The notes below the pieces were generated by a model. The model saw only the letters and a program-made list of their open reading frames with translations, searched no databases and was not told the origin of the DNA. From Mobula birostris (Eukaryota), in contig NC_092375.1 of assembly GCF_030028105.1 (NCBI RefSeq), positions 37,299,130 to 37,363,129 of the forward strand: DNA of 64,000 nt, given 5' to 3'. The translations under genes and the position numbers were made by a program. The number at the start of each line of letters is the position of its first letter. Position 1 is the first letter of the stretch. Below are positions 25,171 to 37,362 of the stretch, piece after piece.

Positions 25171-25957
25171 CTGGAATTGATTTTCAAGCAATATTGCTTT
25201 TGATCATTAAGCTCAAGATCATGTTTTGAAGAAAAAAAATTACACATATATCAACGTGTCATTAATGTTGGTTTGAATGCTGTGACCACATTCCCATGAC
25301 AATCATAAACCCATACATTTTTACAAAATGGTACAGTACTTCCCAAAACTTTCCAGAAAGTAAAAAAGTAGCCAAAGGTGACCTAAATAATGTATATAAA
25401 ATAATTCTGTGAATTCATAGATAAGATTACATCAACAGGAAGTTAATTATTATTCCTTATGCTTAGAGCATAGCAAATTAACCTTTTAATGAACAATTTT
25501 ACAGAAAGTGTTTCATTTTCCATTTTAGCTTTCTTCTTTAAAGCACAGAACCAGTAAATATAAAATTAACGCACAATAACATTTAAACATGCTTTGCAAT
25601 TTGGAACCAGAACAGAACAAGAGTAAACAGGTGTAGGAGGTTGGTAGTCACCGAGATATGCTGGAGATATGCAAAAAGATTGTGCTGATTGGATATCACA
25701 GCACAGGCAGGGGAGTGTGGAAAATACCAGTGGGGTTTTCCATCCATTTTGCTGATTATGACAAAGAGAATCATGGAGGAAATTCTCAGCAAGTGATGCT
25801 AAGAAGAGTTTTGAAGTTTCTCATGGATGCGGCAAAGTGGAGGGCTTTGAATCAGAGCAAAAAGGGGTGCACCAAAGAGGGTGAATAGAAATAGATAGTA
25901 GAGAACAGACTAGATTACCTCGCTCAGGCCAGACTGCTGTCCATGCTCACTTCCATG

Positions 25958-26170
25958 TACAGTGGATTCCAGTTAATTGGGATACATGGGGACCAGTACA
26001 ATTTGGCCCAATTAAACAGCTGCCCCAATTAGCCAGTTTCATGGAAATACAGTAGTTAAAAAGGTTTCAAAAAAAGACAGTCTACCATATAACTGAGTAA
26101 CAAATTATGTATTTAAATAAAATGCAGAATAAATTAGGACACTATCAATACTACTACAGTACTATAAAAG
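25958..26170 (+). mobile_element. Tigger/pogo-like DNA transposon 5' end
   Basis: TA followed by CAGTGGATTCCAGTTAATTGGGA, a pogo/Tigger-like TIR start; cut off by the PLE at about 26175. Recognised by pattern only. Confidence 0.45.
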
Positions 26171-26174
26171 CACT

Positions 26175-26880
26175 CATACAAAATGCTGGAGGAACACAGC
26201 AGGCCAAGCAGCATCTATGGAAAAGAGTAAACTGTCGATGTTTCGGGCCAAGACCCTTCATCCAGACTGGAGAAAAGAAGGTGAAGAGTCAGAGTAAAAT
26301 GGTAGGGGGAGGGGAGGGAGAAACACAAGGTAATAAGTGAAACTGGGAGGGAGGAGAGTGGTGAAGTAAAGAGTTGGGAAGTTGATTGGTGAAAGAGATA
26401 CAGGGCTAGAGAAGGAGGAATCTGATAGGAAAGGACAGAAGGTCATGGAAGAAAGAAAAAGGGAGAGGAGCACCAGAGGGAGGTGTTGGGCAGACAAGGA
26501 GATAAGGTGAGAGAGGGAAATGGGAATGGTGAATAGAGAAGTTGGGGGGGGGCATTACCAGAAGTTCAAGAAGTCGAGGTTCATGCCATCAGGTTGGATC
26601 AGCTTGTTGAGGTAGTGAAATTGTTTCGTTTTCACTCCTGGCCGTTTCTGGCATCTCCAAATCTGGACGCTTGAAACCCTAGTGAGCAAAACAGTTCCAA
26701 ATTGTCTTAAACATGATAAAGTCTGCAGATGCTGGAAATCCAAAGCAACACACACAAAAATGCTGGGGGAGCTCAGGAGGCCAGGCATCATCTATGGAAA
26801 TTAATAAACAGTCAATGTTTCGGGCTGAGACCCTTGTTCAAGACTGAAAATGAAGGGGGAAGACACCAAAATAAAATGAG
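26175..26880 (-). mobile_element. Penelope-like 3' end plus pLTR copies (26175-26620; 26705-26880)
   Basis: LIQPDGMNLDFLNFW* end of ORF; two hammerhead-like motifs on the minus strand (about 26232-26270 and 26811-26846). Confidence 0.75.
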
Positions 26881-26884
26881 TTTG

Positions 26885-27330
26885 TCCTTGGCGCCTGTGT
26901 GATGTGCTTTCAGGCTTTTGCATCTCCTGCCTGGTGGGAAGAGAGAATATCTAGGGTAGTGGGGTTTTGGATTAAACTGGTTGCCTTATTGAGGCAGAAA
27001 GTGTAGATAGCATCCATAGAGGGGAAGCTGGCTTCTGTGAGGAGCTGAGCTGTTTCCACAGCTCACTGCAGTGACTTGAGGAAGCAGAGAAATTAGTGGG
27101 CTTTCTTTGCCATGGTGTCTGTGTGGTTGAACAATGAACAGCTATGGGTCAGCTCTTTCGATCTCAACACCATCGATATAAACAGGAGAAATGTGCAACA
27201 CCCCCTTCCTGAAATCAATTGTTTTGCTGTCATTGAGGGAAAGACTGTTGTCATGATACAATGCCACTAGGCTCTCTGCCTCCTTCTTGAATTCCAACTT
27301 ATCATTCAATGAGATTCGGCCACTATGATA
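26885..27330 (-). mobile_element. Degenerate Rex1/Babar fragment
   Basis: Complement of RT/3' region similar to 38700-39480. Confidence 0.5.
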
Positions 27331-27795
27331 GTGTCGTTTGCAAACTTACAGATGGAACTGGAATGGAATCCAGCCATGTCATAAGTGTTTTATTACTCAT
27401 TCATCCTATCTCAATCATTACAATTTATTTATATGTTCTCTGAGAGAATATTGGAATAGGAAACTTCCCAACAACTTTGACAGATACATCGTTTTGAGTA
27501 CAGGGGTTACTCACAGTTTCCCGCTCATGATGATCTCTCATAGTGACGCAAGAATTCTCCCTAAATCTCAACATCTACTCTGTCTCTCTTGCATAGAACT
27601 TGTCAACAAAAGCTCCACCTGCAATCATGTCTCAAAAATTCTTTTATTTAGTTATTATATGCCACCTTCTTTGTATATTGGCAACATTTAAAACAGAAAT
27701 TAAGCAGCATTTACTCTCATCCTACCCATTTTCTTTACCTCATGTTTTGTATTTTAAAATCTCCTAATTTCTCCTCTCAACTCATTTTTCTGTAG

Positions 27796-27831
27796 CCAAT
27801 GCATACAGTTGTGAAGAAAATGAGTTATTGT
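27796..27831 (+). CDS. HHLA2: Candidate 36-nt HHLA2 linker microexon (A-NAYSCEENELL-C, phase 1-1)
   Basis: Long pyrimidine tract ending tttttctgtag, donor T|GTAAGT, stop-free in the phase required, 173-nt intron to the IgC exon. Confidence 0.6.
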
Positions 27832-28004
27832 GTAAGTTTGCATTTGTTCTGATCTTGAGAGATAGGTAAAGGAGTTGAAAGCAAATTGGAAGCTTGTTCT
27901 GTATCTCTGCAGAATTTTCGTCTCCTGGATATTTAAAGGTGAATAGCATTTATTTTGTACTGCTAACTTGTCTAACGATTCAATGGGTTATTGTATCCTT
28001 CCAG

Positions 28005-28292
28005 GCGACACTAAGAATTGGCAATTTTATCCTCCAAATATGCTGGACAATGTGACCAACATTATCTGTGCTATAACTGGTGCTTATCCAAAGCCTTTAC
28101 TTACATTTTCTGAGAATGGAACTGATCTAACTGATGATACAAGATTAAACACAACTGAAGAAATTGACCAAAATCGCCTTCACAACATTAAAAGCATTTT
28201 GAAGATTGATCATATGTCAAAAGCCACCTACAAGTGTAATATAACAAATGAAAGACTGCAGAAGTCGTTGACTGCATCCTGGAAAATGCAAG
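28005..28292 (+). CDS. HHLA2: HHLA2 exon: IgC domain (288 nt, phase 1-1)
   Basis: Acceptor tatccttccag, donor CAAG|GTAACC; IICAITGAYPKPLLTF...TYKCNITNERLQKSLTASWKMQ parallels human HHLA2 as recalled (LICSVLSVYPRPIITW...YECTIENSLLKQTWTGRWTMK). Confidence 0.9.
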
Positions 28293-28577
28293 GTAACCAT
28301 CAAATAATGAACTACTGGGACCTTACAAAACGTTTTTTGACTAGAATGTGAAACAGTTCTGGATCATGGTTAACTTAATTGGATATTAATTGATGGTTAA
28401 ACAATTCTTGGAGTAACTGCAGTTTCTATAATTCAAACTTCTGGCGAGTGCCTCCAATTGGCAGAAAGACTTTGAGCTGTTAAGAGATGTGTCAGTCTCC
28501 ACAAGATACATAGTCTTGATCTGTTCATAGCAACAGTAACTGCAAATTTGTTATGACACATCCTGCACTGTAGAAAG

Positions 28578-31500
28578 ACCATAAGACAAAGGAGCAGAAG
28601 TCAGCCATTCGGCCCATCGAGTTTGCTCCTCCATTTTATCACAAGCTGATCCATTCTCCCATTTAGTCCCACTCCCCCACCTTCTCACCATAACCTTTGA
28701 TGCCCTGGCTACTCAGATACCTATCAATCTCTGCCTTAAATACACCCAATGACTTGGTCTCCACTGCTGCCCATGGCAACAAATTCCATAGATTCACCAC
28801 CCTCTGACTAAAAAAATTTCTTCGCATTTCTGTTCTAAATGGGCGCCCTTCAATCCTTAAGTCATGCCCTCTCGTACTAGACTCCCCCATCATGGGAAAC
28901 AACTTTGGCACATCCACTCTGTCCATGCCTTTTAACATTCGAAATGTTTCTATGAGGTCTCCCCTCATTCTTCTAAACTCCAAGGAATACAGTCCAAGAG
29001 CGGACAAACGTTCCTCATATGTTAACCCTCTCATTCCCAGAATCATTCTAGTGAATCTTCTCTGTACCCTCTCCAATGTCAGCACATCTTTTCTTAAATA
29101 AGGAGACCAAAACTGCCCACAGTACTCCAAGTGAGGTCTCACCAGCGCCTTATAGAGCCTCAACATCACATCCCTGCTCCTATACTCTATTCCTCTAGAA
29201 ATAAATGCCAACATTGTATTCACCTTCTTCACTACTGACTCAACCTGTAGGTTAACTTTAAGGGTATCCTATACGAGGACTCCCAAGTCCCGTTGCATCT
29301 CAGAACTTTGAATTCTTTCCCCATTTAAATAATAGTCTGCCCATTTATTTCTTCTGCCAAAGTGCATAACCATACACTTCCCAACATTGTATTTCATTTG
29401 CCACTTCTTTACCCATTCTTCCAATCTATCCAGACTCTGCTGACTCTCCGTTTCCTCAGCCCTACCGGCCCCTCCACCTATCTTCGTATCATCAGAAAAC
29501 TTAGCCACAAAGCCATCTATTCCACAATCCAAATCATTGGTGTACAATGTAAAAAGAAGCAGCCCCAACACGGACCCCTGTGGAACACCACTGGTAACCG
29601 GCAGCCAACCAGAATAGGATCCCTTTATTCCCACTCTCTGTTTCCTGCCAATCAGCCAACACTCTATCCACATATGTAATTTTCCCGTAATTCCATGCGC
29701 TCTTATCTTGTTAAGTAGCCTCATGTGTGGCACCTTGTCAAAGACCTTCTGAAAATCCAAATATACAACATCCACTGCATCTCCCTTGTCTAGCCTACTG
29801 GTAATTTCCTCAAAAAATTGTAATAGGTTTGTCAGGCAGGATTTTCCTTTAAGGAATCCACGCTGAGTTCTGCCTATCTTGTCATATGCTTCCACGTACT
29901 CTGTAACCTCATCCTTGACAATCGACTCCAACAACTTCCCAACCACCGATGTCAAGCTAACAGTTCTATAATTTCCTTCTTGCTTCCTTGCCCGCTTCTT
30001 AAATAGCGGAGTGACATTTGCAATCTTCCAGTCCTCCGGAACCATGCCAGAATCTATCGACTTTTGAAAGATCATCGCTAATGCCTCTGCAATCTCCACA
30101 GCTACTTCCTTCAGAACACGCAGGTGCATTCCATCTGATCCGGGAGATTTATCTACCTTTAGACTATTCGGCGTCCTGAGTACTTTCTCTGTCGTAATTG
30201 TGACTGTGCACACCTCTCTTCCCTGCCACCCTTGAGTGTCCGGTATACTGCTGATGTCTTCCCCAGTGAAGATTGATGCAAAATACTCGTTCAGTTCCTC
30301 CACCATCTCCTTATCTCCCATTACAATTTCTCCGGCATCATTTTCTATTGGTCCTATATCTACGCTCACCTGTCTTTTACTCTTTATATACTTGAAAAAG
30401 CTTTTAGTATCCTCTTTGATATTATTCACTAGCTTCCTTTCATAGTTAATCTTTTCCCTCTTAATGACCTTCTTAGTTTCCTTTTGTAAGTTTTTAAAAA
30501 CTTCCCAATCCTCTGTCTTCCCACTAATTTTTGCTTCTTTGTATGCCCTCTCCTTTGCTTTAACTTTGGCTTTGACTTCTCTTCTCAACCACGGTTGCAT
30601 CCTTTTTCCATTCGAAAATTTCTTCTTTTTTGGAATATACCTGTCTTGCACTTTCCTCACTTCTCGCATAAACTCCAGCCACTGCTGCTCTGCCATCTTT
30701 CCCACCAGTGTCCCTTTCCAGTCAACTTTGGCCAGTTCCTCTCTCATGCCACTGTAATTTCCTTTACTCCACTGAAATACCGACACATCAAATTTCAGCT
30801 TCCCTTTTTCAAATTTCACAGTGAACTCAATCATGTTATGATCACTGTCTCCTAAGGGTTCCTTCACCTCAATCTCTCTAATCATCTCCGGTTCATTACA
30901 CAATACCCAATCCAGTACAGCCGATCCCCTAGTGGGCTCAACGACAAGCTGTTCTAAAAAGCCATTTCACAGACATTCTACAAATTCTCTCTCTTGAGAT
31001 CCAGTGCCGACCTGATTTTCCCAATCCACTCGCATGTTAAAATCCCCCACGATTATCATAATACTGCCCTTCTGACATGTCTTTTCTATTTCCTGTTGTA
31101 ATTTGTAGTCCACATCCCTGCAGCTGTTTGGAGGCCTATAAATAACTGCCATCAGGGTCCTTTTACCCCTGCTATTCCTTAGCTCAACCCATAAAGATTC
31201 TGCACCTTCCGATCCTATATCACCTCTTTCTAATGATTTAATATCATTTCTTACCAATAAAGCCACACCTCACCCTCTGCCTACCTTCCTATCCTTCCGT
31301 TACACTGTGTATCCTTGGACGTTCAGCTCCCAGAGACATGCATCCTTTAGCCAGGTCTCAGTGATGGCCACAGTATCATACCTGCCAATCTGTAGCTGTA
31401 CAACAAGATCATCCACCTTATTCCTTATGCTGCATGCATTTAAGTATAACACCTTAAGACCAGTATTTGGTACTTTTTGCTTTGATTTCACTGCAACTTT

Positions 31501-32332
31501 ATTGCACTGCAACTCATCCCAATGGCTACAAATTTGCCCCATCACCTGCCTGTCTTTCCTGACATCTTTACTGCTCACTATCTTAGATTTATTTCTGTTT
31601 TCCCCTTCCTCCGCTCTATCATTCCGTTCCCATCCCCCTGCCAAATTAGTTTAAACCCTCCCTAACAGCTCTATTAAACTTCCCCGCCAGGATATTGGTC
31701 CCCTTCGGGTTCAGGTGTGACCTGTCCTTTTTGAACAGGTCTTACTTCCCCCAGAAGAGTTCCCAATGATCCAAGAATCTGAAACCCTGCCCCCTGCGCC
31801 AGTTTCTCAGCCACGCATTCATCTGCCTGATCCTATTATTCTTGCCCTGATTAGCACGTGGCACAGGTAGCAATCCCAAGATTACTACCCTGGAGGTCCT
31901 GCTTCTCAGCTTCCTTCCTAACTCTTGGAAATCTCTATTCAGGACCTCCTCCTTTGTCCTATCTATGTCATTGGTACCAACATGTACCAAGACAACTGGC
32001 TGCTCACCCTCCTCCTTCAGAATATTCAGGACCCGATCCGAGATATCCCGTACCCTGGCACCTGGGAGGCAACACGCCATGCGGGTATCTCTATCAGGCT
32101 CACAGGATCTCCTGTCTGTTCCCCTGACAATGGAATCCCCTACATCTACCGCATTTCTCTTCTTCCTTCTTCTCTCTTGCACAACAGCGCCAGGCTCAGT
32201 GCCAGAGACCCGGTCACCGTGGGCATCCCCTGTCAGGTCATCCCCCTCAACAGCATCCAGAACAAGATATTTGTTGCTGAGGGGGACAGCCACAGGTGTG
32301 CTATCCACTATCCGGGCATTTCCCGGATGTAA
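28578..32332 (-). mobile_element. Near-complete CR1 (part of ORF1 esterase plus ORF2) with 7-bp TSD
   Basis: ORF1 31742..32308 (VGDSIVRG, VHVGTNDI); ORF2 pieces 30967..31266, 29269..30903, 28663..29232; TSD tagaaag at 28571-28577 and 32333-32339. Confidence 0.92.
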
Positions 32333-32804
32333 TAGAAAGTGATGTAATTGTAACTGATCTGCCAGGAAGTTGATATACTGAAGGCACTTGATATTGCTGG
32401 CTTTACCCTGTTTATCATGGTGATAATAATCTCTTGTTTTCAGTAATTGCAGCTATGTAGTCTGGTCAGTATTACCACATCAACATTATTTCTGGAAAGT
32501 TCTCCAATTTAGTTGTAGAGAAAAATTATAGCCTTCCTTCGACTTATTTCCTGCAACCATGGTATCATTGTCATAGTGTGGAACCTGTATGCACTGCAGT
32601 GTGCTAAGACATCCTGATGACTATCAATAGAATAAAGTACCTTTAAGACTGTAGTAACCTCTAAAGCTGATATTATTACATTTACCAACCCTTCTTGGAT
32701 TCCAGACTCAGCATCAGAACAAATCAGTTAGAAGCCACACATATAAATGATGTTCATACTGAACGTAGACACAACAGACTGAAGATATTGGAATCTAGAG
32801 CAAC

Positions 32805-32955
32805 AAACAAGATGTTGAAGGAACTAAGCAGATCGGAGAGCATCTGTGGAGGATGATGGACAGTTTCTGGTTGGGACTCTTCACCTCGACCCAAAACATG
32901 TTTTGTTCATTTCCCTCCACAGATGCTCTCAGATCTACGGAATTCCTCCGGAGTC
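32805..32955. mobile_element. Old fold-back Penelope pLTR remnant
   Basis: Perfect 17-bp inverted repeat gagagcatctgtggagg (32836-32852) / cctccacagatgctctc (32914-32930) inside longer imperfect pLTR arms. Confidence 0.6.
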
Positions 32956-33234
32956 TTCCTGCCTTTCTTACTTATTGTAAAACAGCATATTTAGTCAAAA
33001 ATCATGCAAACAAATCATCTGTGTTATGCCAAATAGAGTATTGCCTCCTTGGGAATCTAAACCATCTTCAGGCATTTCCGGTGTGCTTTTCACAAAATCA
33101 TCTCTGCTGGACTGCTGGCACCCAATGCCCAATCTGGGATTTGTCTTCCAAAAATGTAAAAGTAAAGAAATCAACAGATGAACGAAGCCCTGTGTTTTAC
33201 ACGACACCTGAACATTTCTGTTTTAATTTTTTAG

Positions 33235-33543
33235 GCACATTGAAAGGAAATGAGACTCATACTGTGGCAATCACTTGCAACTATTCCTCTATTAATGATC
33301 AAAATCTCACAATTGTGTGGAGATTTAGAAAATCGTCAGACTCTCCTCCAGTAGTAATTTGTCAATCAGTGCCTCAGTATGTCGATAAGTCAGATTGCGG
33401 TAACAACCAATTAAAAATACGAACTAGCCATAATTCGTCATCACTTACACTACACCATGTGATGAAGGAAGCTGCAGGCGAATATACCTGTGAAGTTAAA
33501 ACAGAAGATACGTTGAAAATATTCACCTATATACTACAAATAG
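33235..33543 (+). CDS. HHLA2: HHLA2 exon: second IgV-like domain (309 nt, phase 1-1)
   Basis: Acceptor ttttaattttttag, donor ATAG|GTAAGC; VAITCNY...LTIVWRF...SSLTLHHV..EAAGEYTCEV. Confidence 0.88.
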
Positions 33544-33869
33544 GTAAGCTGCAAAAATCTGAGTGGTTACTGAAATTTGATGGATCATTGAAAACTTGGT
33601 TGAATCAAACTAACTCTATGTTATAATGAGATGCATAGGAAGGTAGAAATAGTTCCTTAGTATTTGTACTAAGTAGCTGGTAGTGGATTTTTGCCTGCCC
33701 TTCATCCTCCAGAATAGTTTCCATCTCTATTGAAAACAGTGAAACTGTTGATCAACTGGGGAACAGAACAGGCAGTTTGTGCTCACTCATGATCCAGCAA
33801 GGGCTCAATCAAGTTTCCACCTTCCCTTGAAGGGGAAAAACAACTGCATTTTCCTTTTCATTCAATCCT

Positions 33870-34230
33870 ACAAAAGGTAGTGGATTTGGTCCAGTACATC
33901 ACTGGTAAAATTCTCCCAACCATTAAGCATATCTACAAGAAACATTGCCATAGAAAAGCAGCACCCATCATCAAAGATCCTACCACCCAGGCCATGCTCT
34001 TCTCCCTCTGTTGCCATCAGCTAGAAGGTACAAGTGCCTCAGGACTCACACCACCAGCTTCAAGAACAGTTACTACCATTCAACCATCAGGCTCTTGAAC
34101 AAAAGGGGATAGCTGCACAGCTTTAAGGACTCTGTTGTATGGTTATTTCATCCTCGTTATATATTGCTATTTATTTATATCTGTATTTGCACAGTTTGTT
34201 TACAGTTCACAGTTCATGATGTTCATTTTA
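33870..34230 (+). mobile_element. Rex1/Babar 3' fragment
   Basis: QYITGKILPTIKHIYKKHCHRKAAPIIKDP motif. Confidence 0.7.
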
Positions 34231-34234
34231 TAGT

Positions 34235-37082
34235 TCATAAGGTGGATGATCTTGTTGCAATATTACAGATTGCCAGGTATGACGTTGTGGCCATCACTGA
34301 ATTGTGGCTGAAGGATGGTTTGTAGTTGGAGCTGAATGTCCAAGATTATACGTTGTATCAGAGGGATAGGAAGATAGGCAGAGGGGGTGGTATGGCTCTA
34401 CTGGTAAAGAATGGCATCAGATCAGTAGAAAGATGTGACATAGGATCGAAGATGTTGAATCCTTGTGGGTTGAGTTAAGAAACTGCAAGGGTAAAAGGAC
34501 CCTGATGGCAGTTTTATACAGGCCTCCCAACAATGGCTGGGAGGTGGACCACAGGTTACAAAAGGAAATAGAAAAGATGTGTCAAAAGGGCAATGTTATG
34601 GTAGTCATGGGAGATTTTAACATTGAGGTCGATTGGGAAAATCAGGTTGGTAATGGATCTCAAGAAAGTGAGTTTGTTGAATGCTTAAGAAATGGCTTTT
34701 TAGAGCAATTTGTCATTGAGCCTACCAGGGGATCAGCTATACTGGATTGGGTGTTATGTAATTAACCTGGGGCAACTGGGGAGCTTAATGTAAATAAACC
34801 CTTAGGAACCAGTGATCAGAATATGATTGAGTTTAACTTGAAATTTGATAGGGAGAAAGTAAAGTCCGATGTAGCAGTATTTCAGTGGAGTAAGGGAAAT
34901 TAAAGTGGTGTGTTAGAGGAGTTGGCTGAAGTAAACTGGAAGAGCTGCTAGCAGGGATGTCAGCAGAGCAGCAATGGCGTGTTCTTCTGGGAAAAATGAG
35001 GAAGGTGCAGGACATATGTATTCCAAAAAATGAAGAAATACTCAAATGGTAAAATAGTACAACCATGGCTGACAAGGAAGTCAAAGCTATTGTAAAAGGA
35101 AAAGAAAGGGCGTACAACAAAGCAGAAATTAGTGGGGAGATGGAGGTTGGGAAGTTTTTAAAAACCTACATAACGCAACTAAAAAAATCATTAGAAGGGA
35201 AAAGATGAAATATGAAAGCAAGCTAGCAAATAATATTAAAGTGGATAGTCAAAATTTTTTCAAATTTGTTAAAAATAAAAGAGAAATGAGAGTGGGCATA
35301 GGACCGTTGGAAAATGAGGCAGGAGAAATAACAGGGGACAAGGAGATGGCTGATGAACTAAATGAGTATTTTGCATCAGTCTTCACTGTGGAAAACACTC
35401 GCCGTGTGCCAGATGCTGTAGTGTGTGAAGGAAGAGAAGTTGGGTGCAGCTACTATTATAAGAGAGAAGTTGCTCAAAAAGCTGGAAGACCTAAAGGTAC
35501 ATAAGTCACCCGGACCAGATGAACTGCACCCTAGGGTTCTGAAAGAGGTAGCATTAGAGATTGTGGTGGCATTAGAAATGATCTTTCAAAAATCATTGGA
35601 CTCTGGCATGGTGCCAGAGGACTGGAAAATTGCAAATGTCATTCCATTCCTTAAGAAAGGAGGAAGGCAACAGAAAGGAAATTATAGGCCAGTTAGCCTT
35701 ACCTCAGTGGTTGGGAAGATGCTAGAGTCAATTGTTAAGAATAAGGTGATGGAGTACTTGGTGACACAGGACAAGATAATACAAAGTCAGCATGGTTTCC
35801 TTCAGGGAAAATCCTGCCTGATGAACCTATTGGAATTCTTTGAGGAGTTTACAAGTAGGATAGATAAAGTGGTTATAGTTGATGTTGTATATTTGGACTT
35901 TCAGAAGGCCTTTGACAAGGTGCCGCACACGAGGCTGCTTATCAAGTTAAGTGCAGGAAAGTTATTACAGGAAAGTTACTAACATGGTTAGAGCATTGGC
36001 TGATTGGTAGGAGGCAGCGAGTGGGAATGAAAGGATCCTTTTCTGGTTGGCTGCCAGTGTAGTGTTCTGTAGGGGTCGGTGTTGGGACCACTTCTTATGC
36101 TGTACATAAATTATTTGGATGTTGCAATGGATGGCTTTGTTGCCAAGTTTGCAGATGCTACAAAGATTGGTGGAGGGGCAGATAGTGTCGAGGAAACAGA
36201 TAGGATGCTGAAGGACTTACAGATTAGGACAATGGGCAAGAAGGTGCCTAATGAAATACAATGTTGGAAAATGCATGGTCATGCACTTTGGTAGTAGAAA
36301 TAAATGTGCAGATTATTTTCTAAAGGGGAAGAAAATCCAAAAATCTGAGATGCAAAGGGATTTGGGAGTCCTTGTGCAGAACTCCCTAAAGGTTAGCTTG
36401 CAGGTTGAGTCGGTGGTGAGGAAGGCAAATGGCATTTTAGCACTCATTTCAAGAGGTCTTGAATACAAAAGCAAGGATGTGATGAGGAGGCTTTATAAGG
36501 CATTGGTGAGGCCTCACTTTGAGTATTGTGAATGGTTTTGGGCTCCTCATCTTAGAAAAGATGTGCTGGCATTGGAGAGGGTCCAGAGGAGGCTCACAAG
36601 GATGATTTCAGGAATGAAAGGGTTATTATATGAGGAACATTTGATGGCTCTGGTTCTGTACTCGCTGGAATCCAGAAGGATGAGGGGGAAGCTCATTAAA
36701 ACCTTTCAAATGTTGAAATGCCTAAACAGAGTAGTGGAAAGAATGTTTCCCATGGTGGGAGAGTCTAGGACAAGAGGGCACAGCCTCAGAATAGAGGGAC
36801 ACCCATTCAAAACAAAGATGTGGAGAAACTTCTTTAGCCAAATAGTGGTGAATTTGTGGAATTTGTTGCCACGTGCAGTTGTGGAGGCCAGGTCATTGGG
36901 TGTATTTAAGGCAGAGATTGATTGGTTCTTGATTGGACATGGCATCAAAGGTTACGGGGAGAAGGCCAGGAACTGGGGTTGAGGAGGAGGAAAAAAAGGG
37001 ATCATCCATGACTGAATAGCAGAACAGACTCGATGGGCCAGATGGCCTAATTCTGCTCTTACGTCTTATGGTCTTATGGTCT
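34235..37082 (+). mobile_element. CR1 ORF2 (endonuclease to 3' end), frameshifted
   Basis: ORFs 34463..34765, 35205..35504, 35425..35982, 36251..36982; tail (gtcttatg)n near 37063-37082. Confidence 0.9.
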
Positions 37083-37129
37083 ATAGATTTGCTAAGTATT
37101 CCCACAGAAAAAGAATCTCAGGGTTCTAT

Positions 37130-37362
37130 TTAACACACATCAAAGTTGCTGGTGAACGCAGCAGGCCAGGCAGCATCTGTAGGAAGAGGTGCAGTCGACG
37201 TTTCAGGCCGAGACCCTTCGTCAGGACTGCAACGTCTCAAAAGGGTCTCGGCCTGAAACGTCGACTGCACCTCTTCTTAGAGATGCTGCCTGGCCTGCTG
37301 CGTTCACCAGCAACTTTGATGTGTGTTGCTTGAATTTCCAGCATCTGCAGAATTCCTGTTGT
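37130..37362. mobile_element. Fold-back Penelope-derived mini-element with 12-bp TSD
   Basis: 87-bp inverted arms 37132-37218 and 37241-37327 (2 mismatches); TSD tcagggttctat at 37118-37129 and 37363-37374. Confidence 0.88.
37191..37230 (-). ncRNA. Minimal type-I hammerhead ribozyme motif (intact core)
   Basis: GCAGTC-CTGACGA-AGG-GTCTCGG-CCT-GAAAC-GTC^-GACTGC: 6-bp stem I, CUGANGA and GAAA cores, 3-bp stem II, palindromic ACGT in place of stem III, GUC cleavage triplet. Confidence 0.7.

Noticed and set aside
32310-32328. 7-bp hairpin atccggg-cattt-cccggat at the CR1 5' junction
   Set aside because: Too short to distinguish from an ordinary 5'-junction repair product.
32853-33626. 257-aa ORF as a stand-alone gene
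   Set aside because: Chance read-through of a PLE remnant and intron into the 309-nt Ig exon; good splice sites bound only 33235-33543.
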